Part shown: positions 35,325-45,300 of the stretch, piece after piece
How positions within the stretch are numbered: the stretch's first letter is position 1
Layout: every line of letters begins with the position of its first letter
Assembly (NCBI GenBank): GCA_041178085.1
Contig: JBEGVZ010000119.1
Span: forward strand, 44,723-108,722
Origin: Pseudomonadota bacterium
GTDB taxonomy: Bacteria > Bdellovibrionota_B > Oligoflexia > Oligoflexales > RGVZ01
Length of the DNA: 64,000 nt
Direction of reading: 5' to 3'
Notes under the pieces: generated by a model
Database searches by the model: none
The model's input: only the letters and a program-made list of their open reading frames with translations
What the model was told of the DNA's origin: nothing
Position numbers and translations under genes: made by a program

Positions 35325-36097
35325 CCGGAAACCAGTTCGTAAAGCTGTGAGGGAATCTCAGCAATCAAGAGGTGTCCGGCTGCCGGCACCTCTTTTAATT
35401 TTGCACCATAAATTCCGTTTGCAAGGATCCTGCCTGCCGACACGGGGACGATGGCATCCTCTGCGCCGTGAATGATGAGCGTAGGAGCCGTGATTTGGCC
35501 AAGGTGGGATGTCGCATCAAATCCTTGCATGGCCTTCATCTGACGCCCCGCATTCATCAAAAACGGGCCGCCACTTGCGGCCGCCTGCGCCATCTGTTTC
35601 GCCATGGCGTTCACGAGCGGCTGGTTTGCGGCAAGGAACCTGGATGAAAAGTAACGGGCCAGCTTCGCCTGCACTGCATCCTGATGCCCGGACCATTCGT
35701 AACTTCCGTGATCGTTGATGAAGTCCCGGTTTGGGCAGGTGGAAACAAGCACCAGCCGTCCTACCCGGGCAGGGAAGTGAGACGAAAGCCACTGGGCAAT
35801 CATCCCGCCCATGGAAATACCGAGCACGTGGCTTTTCTGAATGCCCTCCGCATCCCAGACGGCGATGATGTCATCGACCATCTCAGGTAGCTGGAAGTCT
35901 CGCGACACTTCACTCTGGCCACTGCCACGATTATCACACGAAAGAACCCTGAAACCGCGTCCAGCAAGGTGGCGCGCGAGCATCCGGAAATCGGATGTGG
36001 TACGGGTATGGCCATTGATCAGCGTAACCCAATGACCATCGCCATCGCCCCAGGTTTCATAAAAGATCGTTGCGCCGGGGCGGTCAATGAACGGCAT
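35312..36097 (-). CDS. alpha/beta-fold hydrolase
   Basis: Starting at ATG 36097 gives MPFIDRPGATIFYETWGDGDGHWVTLINGH. The nucleophile elbow is GISMGG, and a late His lies in the context AAGHLL. Confidence 0.75.
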   Translation of the reverse strand: MPFIDRPGATIFYETWGDGDGHWVTLINGHTRTTSDFRMLARHLAGRGFRVLSCDNRGSGQSEVSRDFQLPEMVDDIIAVWDAEGIQKSHVLGISMGGMIAQWLSSHFPARVGRLVLVSTCPNRDFINDHGSYEWSGHQDAVQAKLARYFSSRFLAANQPLVNAMAKQMAQAAASGGPFLMNAGRQMKAMQGFDATSHLGQITAPTLIIHGAEDAIVPVSAGRILANGIYGAKLKEVPAAGHLLIAEIPSQLYELVSGHLV

Positions 36098-37118
36098 GGC
36101 TGAGTTCTTTGATACTTGCACCGCCCTTTTTTCGCATGAGCAGGTACGGTACCAATCCAGTGAGGTTGAGCGCCAGCTGGCCAAGCATGATCACATTGAA
36201 GACGTTTGCGCCGCCGGTCAGACCGATGAGGGCAAATAGCTTTTCGAATGCAACGTGTCCGACGCCAAGACCGCCTGGCGCCACGGGAATCACAGTGGCG
36301 ATCATGCCAAAAGGCAGCACGATCGCAAACTCTGACAATGCTGGCGTCTGGCCGGTAAGAACCGAGGTCGTATACCAGTAATAGGCAACGCCGGCGGACT
36401 GAATAACAACTGACACAGCCCATGCTCCCAGCAAATGCGCGGGGTGGTCGCGATAGGACCGCAGTGCTTCGTACACTTTGAGAATCAGCGCAAACAGGGG
36501 TCCGATCAACGGAATCTTGCGCCTCAGTAACCGGACAAAAGGATCCTTGCCCGGCTTATGCGGATAAAAAACGACACCCAGAAACGCCAACATGCCGAAG
36601 CAGCAAGCAGTGACTGCGCCAGCCATTGAAGCCAGGAACGGGCTACTCGAAACGCTGCGCATGAAAAACAGGCTAGCGATTCCTGCAATCGAGAACAAAC
36701 CCATCAAACCGACCACACGGTCGAGTACGATTGCGATGGCAGAAGCTGTGCGCTTCTGACCGCGCTGGTCCCTGACCACATACACGGCCTTCACAAGATC
36801 GCCGCTTACCGAGCCGGGCATGGTCGTGTTGAAAAACAACCCGACCATCTGAAGTTCTGCCGTGCGCCACCAAGGAGCCGGGACCTTCGCCCCGCGCAAT
36901 AAAAGCCACCAACGGAAAGATCCAAGAGCAACTGGCACAAAAAGCCAGAACAAAACAGATACGATCAGGAAAGTCCGGTTCTGAGCAAAAATCGCAACTT
37001 CGGAAAGGTTCAACTTTCCGCCACTGATCATCCACCACAAAAGCGCTGCGACGAGCGTGACTTTGAGGGCGGTCGTGGCAAGATTTTTTATCTTCGCGCG
37101 CATCCTGGCGAGCTCCAC
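36084..37118 (-). CDS. flippase-like membrane protein (lysylphosphatidylglycerol-synthase TM-region / UPF0104 family)
   Basis: It has about 8 TM helices. The N-terminus ...LKVTLVAALLWWMISGGKLNLSEV...GSFRWWLLLRG is typical of that family. Confidence 0.6.
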   Translation of the reverse strand: MELARMRAKIKNLATTALKVTLVAALLWWMISGGKLNLSEVAIFAQNRTFLIVSVLFWLFVPVALGSFRWWLLLRGAKVPAPWWRTAELQMVGLFFNTTMPGSVSGDLVKAVYVVRDQRGQKRTASAIAIVLDRVVGLMGLFSIAGIASLFFMRSVSSSPFLASMAGAVTACCFGMLAFLGVVFYPHKPGKDPFVRLLRRKIPLIGPLFALILKVYEALRSYRDHPAHLLGAWAVSVVIQSAGVAYYWYTTSVLTGQTPALSEFAIVLPFGMIATVIPVAPGGLGVGHVAFEKLFALIGLTGGANVFNVIMLGQLALNLTGLVPYLLMRKKGGASIKELSHAVH

Positions 37119-37188
37119 ACCGGCGGTCTAATTACCTGAACGGGAACGACCCGATCATACGCACCGCCGTGGATACTGGCCAGAATTT

Positions 37189-39354
37189 TCAGTCGTCGCT
37201 CGAGGCCTTACGCAAGCCTTCCCCGGTGATCGTAATCGCATCATGGGCTGTTGAGACCACGCCCGCTCCCAACACAAGACGGCCACGCGCAAGCTCGAAG
37301 TCCTTGGTTTCCTTGCCATCAACCGTAACTTGCAGCTTCTTCAACCTGACGCGGGAGTCCTCGCGCCCAAGTTCCTCTGACAGGTCGAAGGTTGACCGCC
37401 TGGCGGTGATCGCCCTGTACGAGATCGACAGAGTCGCCCGGTCGCCAGGGTTACACTTGAACGATAAAGTCTTGCCCGTGACACTTACGTCTGACGTACA
37501 GGCACCCGGTGGATCCGCGGTCATGGTGAATGTTCCGTCCTCAGGGTAGTCCGCCAATTCCCAGGTTTGCTGGCTGTCCTCCTCACCGTAATCGAAGATC
37601 ACCAGAACTTTGCGGAAGGGAGTCACTGAATCGCGCTCGAACACGACGGCGTCACCCGCGAAAGCCACCGGGATGTTCTCACCCGTGTCGACATCGGATG
37701 CTCGCACGGAATCGATCTTGGCAGGGCTGGAAAGGGACACGGGGTAAGACGTCGTGTAATCGCCCCTGACCCGGTACGAGACGGATATGCGCGCACCTTC
37801 CGCCGGTGGTGCCGGGAACTGTATCGTAGAACCGTCGGCCGACAGGGAGTAGTCCGCTGCGCCAGTGCCATTCACGTCAACCTTCACCGTCGCGGGAACG
37901 ATGTCGGTGCGCCCAAGGCTAAAGGAGGTCTTCCAGGTCACTTTCTCCTTATAGCGCAGCTGGATCGCGGCGCGTTCAGGAGGTTGAGAGGAGAATCTGA
38001 GGGTCTTCGTCGCCGGATCAAAACTCCAGTCACTCTCTGGCAAAAGGACACCGTTGACCGTCACCTGAACCGTGTCTTCATCGGGCATCTTGGTCAGCGG
38101 GACAGAATCAAAGCGGGGAACACCACCTGACGAGTAAGTAACCACCAGGGTGGTGCGACCATCATTCGCCTGATCGAGTTTCAAAGTGTGCCCTGAAATC
38201 GTATAACCGGCGGAAAGCGACTCGCCGTCGACTGCCACCTGAAGCACACGCATGTCTGGGGCCTCGGCCAGCGAAAACTCTTTGCTCACACTGCGACGGA
38301 CATCCTGCGAAATGCGACGCAGTGTGGTGCTATAGTCAGCCTCACAGATCGAGCCGGCGATGCCACCGGTTGCCGCAACCCCTTCCTGGTACTTCCACGC
38401 CTCGCCCAGTGCCGTACTGCAGCTGCGGTCGTTTGGAATCCAGTGAATGCCGTACAACTTGGCCCGGTCGGAGGGCCGGATCGTGCGCAGGAACTCGACC
38501 ATTTCGGTTGCATTCTTGCCGTAGTCGAAAGCGCACGAACGGGAACCGTTGTTGCTGCCACAGTTATCCTCATCACTGACGACCAAGACCGCGACAGTTG
38601 AACCAGGACGAATCCAAGGATTGGAGCTGCCGAGACATTCACCCTTGAGGGCGCGGATCGCCATCGGGTAGCCCTTCTCGACAACATTATTGTTCATGCC
38701 AACCGAAGCGGCCTCGCGAAACGCGGCATCCCGGTCAACGTCGTTCCTGCGAATAACGCGGCTAAGCCGCAGGCAGGGGCTCGACATGTTGATGACGCCA
38801 AGCTGCCAGTTTGTGTCGTCAATGGCAGAGGTGAGGGCGCCTAGCTTCTGGGAAAGGTTGGCTTGTTCCTCTTCCATCGAAGTCGAATTGTCCACGACCA
38901 CAAGGATATCGAGGAGTCCTGCGCGGCTGACGGCGAAAGTCTCAGTGCGCACCGCGCCGTCGTGACCTTGAGTGAACGAATCGACTACATTATTACGGAC
39001 CAACTGCCGGAACTCGGCGCGCGACTCAGGCTTCACCTGCATCGTCAGGTTTTCTTCTACTTCACCAAACGCAGGCCGGATCTGGACGGCAACGTCTTTG
39101 CGTTCGACCACTTGATCGTAACGGGTAAAAGAGAAAGGCTCCCATGCGTCACCGAAATCATCGGAGTAACCGGTCGAGGACGGGTCGAATCCGGCTCCCG
39201 GACCGGACATGTCGCCTGCAAGCGCGTCACTGCCCGCGCCCTGGACGCGGCTCCCGTTGGCAAACTCTGCCTCCTGGGAGCACGCATTCAAGCTGGCCGC
39301 GGCAACAAAAACCGCCATCTGAGCATGGGAAAAACGGAAATGTTTCTTTTTCAT
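37189..39354 (-). CDS. vWA-domain lipoprotein with a long beta-rich C-terminal region; paralog of 15416..17236
   Basis: The signal/lipobox is AVFVAAASLNAC. The MIDAS-like motif is LDILVVVDNSTSMEEEQ. It shares the motif GSICEADYSTTL. Confidence 0.65.
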   Translation of the reverse strand: MKKKHFRFSHAQMAVFVAAASLNACSQEAEFANGSRVQGAGSDALAGDMSGPGAGFDPSSTGYSDDFGDAWEPFSFTRYDQVVERKDVAVQIRPAFGEVEENLTMQVKPESRAEFRQLVRNNVVDSFTQGHDGAVRTETFAVSRAGLLDILVVVDNSTSMEEEQANLSQKLGALTSAIDDTNWQLGVINMSSPCLRLSRVIRRNDVDRDAAFREAASVGMNNNVVEKGYPMAIRALKGECLGSSNPWIRPGSTVAVLVVSDEDNCGSNNGSRSCAFDYGKNATEMVEFLRTIRPSDRAKLYGIHWIPNDRSCSTALGEAWKYQEGVAATGGIAGSICEADYSTTLRRISQDVRRSVSKEFSLAEAPDMRVLQVAVDGESLSAGYTISGHTLKLDQANDGRTTLVVTYSSGGVPRFDSVPLTKMPDEDTVQVTVNGVLLPESDWSFDPATKTLRFSSQPPERAAIQLRYKEKVTWKTSFSLGRTDIVPATVKVDVNGTGAADYSLSADGSTIQFPAPPAEGARISVSYRVRGDYTTSYPVSLSSPAKIDSVRASDVDTGENIPVAFAGDAVVFERDSVTPFRKVLVIFDYGEEDSQQTWELADYPEDGTFTMTADPPGACTSDVSVTGKTLSFKCNPGDRATLSISYRAITARRSTFDLSEELGREDSRVRLKKLQVTVDGKETKDFELARGRLVLGAGVVSTAHDAITITGEGLRKASSDD

Positions 39355-39469
39355 GGCCCGGTTCCTCTATAAGCCGCCCCCCAAAAAGGCCGGGCGGATG
39401 TCGGGGGTTCGGAGGGCCGTCCAGCAGGCTTTAAGAGTTTTTTACAGGCCAGGCAATTACGTTATGAAA

Positions 39470-40213
39470 TCAGGGACTTGAAGGTAAGCTTGGGGCGCCG
39501 GCAAGTTTCAGGAAATCCGCCGCCAAGTGATCCATTTGCGGGCCGGCGGTATTTGCGAAGGCGCCGTACCCAGAGGAATGAAGTAGAAACTTCGGAGCAA
39601 CATCAGGACTGGTTCGAGACCTCAGCAAATTGAAGAGTGTTTCCGCGTCATCGTGAACGACAAACGGCCGGCTGGCATCGGTGACTGAATGTTGCGCGAC
39701 CCAGACCGCCGGGTCGCCCCCGGAAACCACGGCAACAACCAGAACGCCGGTCGTGCCAGCAGGTAGCGCCCTCACATCCTGCATCAACCGGTCGACGCAT
39801 TCAGCACAAGCAAAGGGCACCAGGTGGAACAGGGCCAGACGCACGTTGGAGTCCGCCATCAATTTGCAGAGGGATTTTGTCTGTCCGCCAGAAATAACTT
39901 TCCAGTCACCTGCCGGCAGCTTGACCAGCTTGTTATCAAGGGCCATCGACCGGGCTGCGGCGAGAAAAGATTCTAACCCAGGGTCCGTTCCGCACGGAGC
40001 ATTGATCAAGCTCACACGCGAGTCCGCATAACCACCGGAACCGGATGACCCGCCAGATGGAATAACGCCCCTGGATTCCGGCGACCCACCGCGGATTTCT
40101 GGATCCTTCTCGCCCCGGCCAGCGACCCGGCACGCCTGAAGTCCGGCAAGCGATGCCAGCATCACAAGTCCAGCGAGTGCAAGCCAACCCACCCGGGACT
40201 GGATAAACGTCAT
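39470..40213 (-). CDS. lipoprotein with a CxxC motif (possible thioredoxin-fold protein)
   Basis: Starting at ATG 40213 gives the signal/lipobox LVMLASLAGLQAC. It contains PFACAEC. The fold assignment is tentative. Confidence 0.4.
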   Translation of the reverse strand: MTFIQSRVGWLALAGLVMLASLAGLQACRVAGRGEKDPEIRGGSPESRGVIPSGGSSGSGGYADSRVSLINAPCGTDPGLESFLAAARSMALDNKLVKLPAGDWKVISGGQTKSLCKLMADSNVRLALFHLVPFACAECVDRLMQDVRALPAGTTGVLVVAVVSGGDPAVWVAQHSVTDASRPFVVHDDAETLFNLLRSRTSPDVAPKFLLHSSGYGAFANTAGPQMDHLAADFLKLAGAPSLPSSP

Positions 40214-40405
40214 TGTTAATGGGATGTTACAGGTCACAGTTCGTCTCCCGGAAGGACCAAAGGCCGCCCTCACTCCTCGGCATTAGCCGGCAGGTCCTTG
40301 AGTAGGTGGGGGAACTCCCTGCCACCTTTCCTTGGCTTGCCATTTCATCGATGGGGGCATAAAACCGAAGTTTCTGGAATCACGAAGGGAAAAGGGCGCT
40401 TTTTC

Positions 40406-42163
40406 ATGATGACCAACACAAAAAATAAAGACCTGCAGGCATGGGTGGACCAGGTTGCCAAGCTCACCAGACCGGATAAAGTCCACTGGTGCGACGGTAG
40501 CCAGGAGGAGTTTGAAAACCTCGTTCAAGAGATGCTTGCCGCAGGTACGCTGATTGAACTGAACGAGAAGACCCATCCCCGCTGCTACCTTCACCGCTCG
40601 AATCCAACCGACGTCGCCAGAACAGAACACCTGACCTTCATCTGCACCAGCAAACAAGAAGATGTCGGCCCGAATAACAACTGGATGCCGGTTGCTGACG
40701 GGCACAAGAAAGTCGACACCCTCTTCGAAGGTTGCATGCGCGGCCGCACGATGTACGTGATTCCTTACTGCATGGGACCGGTAGATTCTCCGCTTTCCCG
40801 CTGCGGAGTTGAAATCTCAGACAGCGCTTACGTCGTCGCCAACATGCGGATCATGACGCGGATGGGACGCAAGGCGCTTGACCGCATCGAACGTGAAAAC
40901 CAATTTGTCCGCGGCCTGCATTCGACAGGTGACTTGAGTCCCGACCGCCGCTTCATCATGCACTTTCCGGAAGAACTGATGATCAAGAGCATCGGTTCCG
41001 GATACGGCGGCAACGCCCTCCTTGGCAAGAAGTGCCACGCCCTGCGCCTTGGTAGCTGGCAGGCCCGCAAGGAAGGCTGGCTGGCAGAGCACATGCTGAT
41101 CGTCGGGGTCGAGAATCCCGAGGGTGAAATCCATTACATCGCAGCAGCATTCCCTTCTGCCTGCGGCAAAACCAACATGGCGATGATGATCCCGCCGGAA
41201 ACCTACAAAGGCTGGAAAATCTGGACCGTGGGCGATGACATCGCGTGGATCCACCCGGGAGAAGACGGCCGCCTCTATGCGATCAATCCAGAGGCCGGAT
41301 ACTTTGGTGTGGCGCCAGGTACCAGCAAAAACACCAACCCGACAGCTCTGGCGATGCTCAACCACGATGCTATTTTCACCAACGTCGCCGTCACGAAAGA
41401 GGGACAGCCGTGGTGGGAGGGTCTGAGCAAGCCTGCACCGGAAGGCATGACCGACTGGCAGGGCAAGGCCTATCAGCCCGGGTCCGGCCCGGCAGCGCAC
41501 CCGAACTCCCGCTTCACGGTGAGCGCAAAGCAGTGTCCGAGCTACACGACCAAGGCCGAAGAACCAAAAGGCGTTCCGTTGACGGCGATCGTCTTTGGTG
41601 GACGCCGCCGCGAACTTGCGCCGCTGGTCTTTGAAGCACTTGACTGGAATCACGGCGTGTTTGCCGGCGCGTCCGTTGCCTCGGAGACAACTGCCGCAGC
41701 GACAGGTAAAGTCGGCGTAGTCCGTCGGGACCCGATGGCCATGCAGCCTTTCTGCGGATACAACTTTGCTGATTACTGGACCCACTGGCTCAGCTTCGGC
41801 AAAAAGTACAAGAAGCTCCCAAAAATTTTCCACGTGAACTGGTTCCGTCAGAACAAGGACGGCGAGTTCCTGTGGCCAGGATTTGGTGACAACCTTCGGG
41901 TCATGCGCTGGATCATTGACCGCTGCAAGGGTGCGGGCGACGCACGTCGCACCGCAATTGGCTATCTGCCAGCAGAGAACGCCATCGACACCCGCGGCCT
42001 GAACCTTTTGCCGGGCGCGATGCATGAGCTGCTCAGCGTCGACAAGGAAGCATGGAGCCACGAAGTAGGGGCTATCCGCGACTACTTCGCCCACTATGGC
42101 TCGCGGATGCCAAAGGAACTAGTTTCTGAATTGGACAGAATCGGAAAAGAACTTCAGTCCTGA
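40406..42163 (+). CDS. pckG: phosphoenolpyruvate carboxykinase (GTP)
   Basis: Starting at ATG 40406 gives about 585 aa. The motifs are typical of GTP-PEPCK: ...YGGNALLGKKCHALRL..., the kinase-1a motif FPSACGKTN and WIHPGEDGRLYAINPE. Confidence 0.9.
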   Translation: MMTNTKNKDLQAWVDQVAKLTRPDKVHWCDGSQEEFENLVQEMLAAGTLIELNEKTHPRCYLHRSNPTDVARTEHLTFICTSKQEDVGPNNNWMPVADGHKKVDTLFEGCMRGRTMYVIPYCMGPVDSPLSRCGVEISDSAYVVANMRIMTRMGRKALDRIERENQFVRGLHSTGDLSPDRRFIMHFPEELMIKSIGSGYGGNALLGKKCHALRLGSWQARKEGWLAEHMLIVGVENPEGEIHYIAAAFPSACGKTNMAMMIPPETYKGWKIWTVGDDIAWIHPGEDGRLYAINPEAGYFGVAPGTSKNTNPTALAMLNHDAIFTNVAVTKEGQPWWEGLSKPAPEGMTDWQGKAYQPGSGPAAHPNSRFTVSAKQCPSYTTKAEEPKGVPLTAIVFGGRRRELAPLVFEALDWNHGVFAGASVASETTAAATGKVGVVRRDPMAMQPFCGYNFADYWTHWLSFGKKYKKLPKIFHVNWFRQNKDGEFLWPGFGDNLRVMRWIIDRCKGAGDARRTAIGYLPAENAIDTRGLNLLPGAMHELLSVDKEAWSHEVGAIRDYFAHYGSRMPKELVSELDRIGKELQS

Positions 42164-42193
42164 TTCCAGCTTAAAAACTCACTCATCTGACAC

Positions 42194-42230
42194 AAAGCCC
42201 GCTGTAACAAAATTACAGCGGGCTTTCAGT
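42194..42230 (+). terminator. Rho-independent terminator after pckG
   Basis: There is a perfect 14-bp stem (AAAGCCCGCTGTAA / TTACAGCGGGCTTT) with loop CAAAA. It lies 30 nt after the stop. The U-tract is short. Confidence 0.7.
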
Positions 42231-42379
42231 TAATTCAGAGGCTTACCCCCTACTGGCTAAACCCACCTTCCGGGCAACCAGGAAGTTTCTTGCCTTTGAA
42301 CCAATTGGCACCCTCAGTAACCCCTTGAATCTGCCGAAATCCAAGGTAGATGAACGCACGATTTCGACATCGATATCGG

Positions 42380-45300
42380 ATGGATAGCCTTGGCCGGACC
42401 ATGATGGTCTTAGGATTTTTTTTTCATGCTTCAGGGCTTGTCTCCTGTGGGCGGGCCTCAATCAAACCCACGGTTGCATTCGGCCCGCCAATGGCCAGCC
42501 TTGAAGATGGCGGTGACGTTGCAAAAGTAAATGCAATGCTACCCCTGGAAGGGGCATATGTCGGTGCAACAGAGGCCGCCGCGCTGACCATCTCGGGTGT
42601 CTGCATTACAAGGTCGGTTGCTGTCACGATCTCCATAACGGGCTCGGGCATAAAGCAGACTGTCGCTTGTGATGAATTAAGCGGCGGGTTTAGCGCAAAA
42701 ATTGATATCAGCAGCTTTCCAGATGGCGCGGTCGAAATCACAACCAGCTATCTTTCAAATCTAGTCAGTACACATCCCATATTCCAATTCGTCCGGACTG
42801 TGATTAAAGACGCCACGCCCCCGTCAAACGGCACCTTCACACAATCGAAGCCACTTGCAAGCACTGGATTTTTGCTAGACTGGAGTGCTGGCAGTGACAA
42901 TATATCGCCCCCAGAAATGCTTCAGTACTATGTTTGCAGCGGGCCCTCCAGCACAGCGATTGACACCGTGGCTGAGTGCGAGAGCGCCACACAAGAGATG
43001 AACTGGATCGCAAACACACGGACGCTTGCGGTCACCGGAAAATCGGCTTCAACGACCTTGTATTTTAATGTCCTGGTCATGGACGCTGCTGGCAACAAAG
43101 CTGGCTACAGTGGCAAATCACAGAAAACGAAAGGCGACACCAGCATCAGCGCGCTGGCCTCGCGCCGCGGCTCGCAGCGTTACACTTTCTTTGACTCCGT
43201 GAATCAAAGACACTGGGCCTTCTACAAGGACGGCGCAGTGATCAGGAGTATGTATTCCACCGACAATGTCGACTGGACGCTGTCTAGCACAATCAATGTA
43301 GATACCCGCGAATTCTCTCTCACCTACAAATCAATTGGCGGGGTGGGCTACGCATTTGTCGTCATGGAGGAGAACTCCTGGGACATCACCATCCGGCGTG
43401 GGACCTTGGGCGCAACATCCGTCACCTTTGCCGCCCCCGTGACGGTCTATGATGGATCCGGGGTGAGTGATCGCTATCACAATCCCACCATCGCTCTGGA
43501 CGACAGCAATGTGTGGGTCGCAGCGTCACATTTTACGGGATTTAACTTCACGCTCAAGGCTCGCGAGTCGACCAATGCGGCTTCAGGGGATCTTTCGGCC
43601 TGGCAGGCCGCCTCCTCAATTGGCACACCATCGACACTCGGCAAAGACGCCGCTCTAGTCCCCAAGGGGGGCGGCGCCATGTATCTTCTTTCGCAGCAGG
43701 AGAATCTGGTTGAAGGATTCGTCTTCAATGGGACGACATGGTCCGCAGCCAATACTGGAGGAGACTACGACTGGTTTACTATTGCGGGATTTGGCGGAGC
43801 AGAAGGGAGCGAAGTCACAGTAATGAGAGTGGCTGCGGACGGCCTCTACGTAGGTGGTAACTTCGGAAATGCCGGAGGAAATGGGAAGGCCGACGCCATC
43901 GCACGCTGGGACGGGACAAGTTGGCACGCCCTTGGGAATGGCTTGAACGGCCAAGTCCTGGCCATCGCTGTATCAGGTAGCGACGTCTACGTCGGAGGGG
44001 GTTTCACAGACGCAGGTGGTGATTCAAAGGCTGACTACGTCGCACGTTGGGACGGGGCAAACTGGCACTCACTGGGGACTGGCTTGAACAACTCGGTCCA
44101 CGCAATTGCTGTTTCGAGCGAGGGTATCTACGCGGGAGGTACTTTTACTGACGCAGGAGGAAACGCTAATGCCGACGCGATTGCTCGTTGGGACGGATCC
44201 AACTGGAACGCCCTTGGCACCGGGCTTAACGACACAGTCGAGACCATCGCGTTGTCGGGCAGCGACGTCTATGCAGGGGGTGATTTCAGCAATGCCGGCG
44301 GCAACGCCGACGGGGATTTTATTGCCCGTTGGGATGGCACTGGCTGGCATCCTCTGGGGACAGGATTGAACGCGCGGGTGGAAGTGATCGAGATCCTTTA
44401 CGGGATGATCTACGTCGGTGGAGCGTTCACTGACGCCGGGGGATTGTCCAACGCTGATTACATTGCTCGATGGGCATACACAGGCTGGGACGCACTTGGC
44501 AACGGTTTGAATGACGTGGTTTTCGACATCAAAATCGTGGGTGGATCGCTCTATGCAGTTGGCAACTTCACAGATGCCGGGGGAGTTGCAAACGCTGATC
44601 GCGTCGCCATGTGGAACGGAGCCGTGTGGAGTGCCATCGGCACAGGCATACCTAACCCTCCGGTTTTTGCGGTTGCGGTCATCGGAACCTATGTCTACGT
44701 GGGAGGGAATTTTGTTTACGATTCCGCCACCGCCGAAACGATGATGCGTTGGAATGGATCAAGCTGGGAACGCATTGGCACAGGCATGACCGATCAAATC
44801 AATGCCGTCGCTGTATCAGGCAGCAATGTCTATGTCGGGGGTGCCTTCACGGATGCAGGCAACAATCCTGATGCAGATTATATCGCCCGGTGGGACGGGA
44901 CTGCTTGGCAGGCCCTCAACACCGGCTTGAACAATCCGGTTTATTCAATTTCCATATCTGGAACCGACGTATACGTCGGGGGTGAATTCACCGATGCAGG
45001 GGGCGACAATGACGCTGATCGGATTGCGCGCTGGACTGGTTCGGCGTGGGTACCACTTCTAACTGGTTTGAACAGCACCGTGTATGCGATCGCCATCTCA
45101 GGATCAGATGTCTATGTCGGTGGCGATTTCACTGACGCTGGAGGAAATTCCAACGCTGACAAAATTTCACGCTGGAATGGCTCGGCATGGAGTGCACTTG
45201 CATCAGGTGTTAATGCATCAGTCCGAGCCATCGCTGTCTCTGGCAGCAATGTCTATGCGGGAGGAAGTTTTACAGATGCGGGGGGAAATAGTAACGCAGA

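Noticed and set aside
40817-42094. A 425-aa minus-strand ORF inside pckG.
   Set aside because: It is antisense to GTP-PEPCK, which has diagnostic motifs. It is a shadow ORF.
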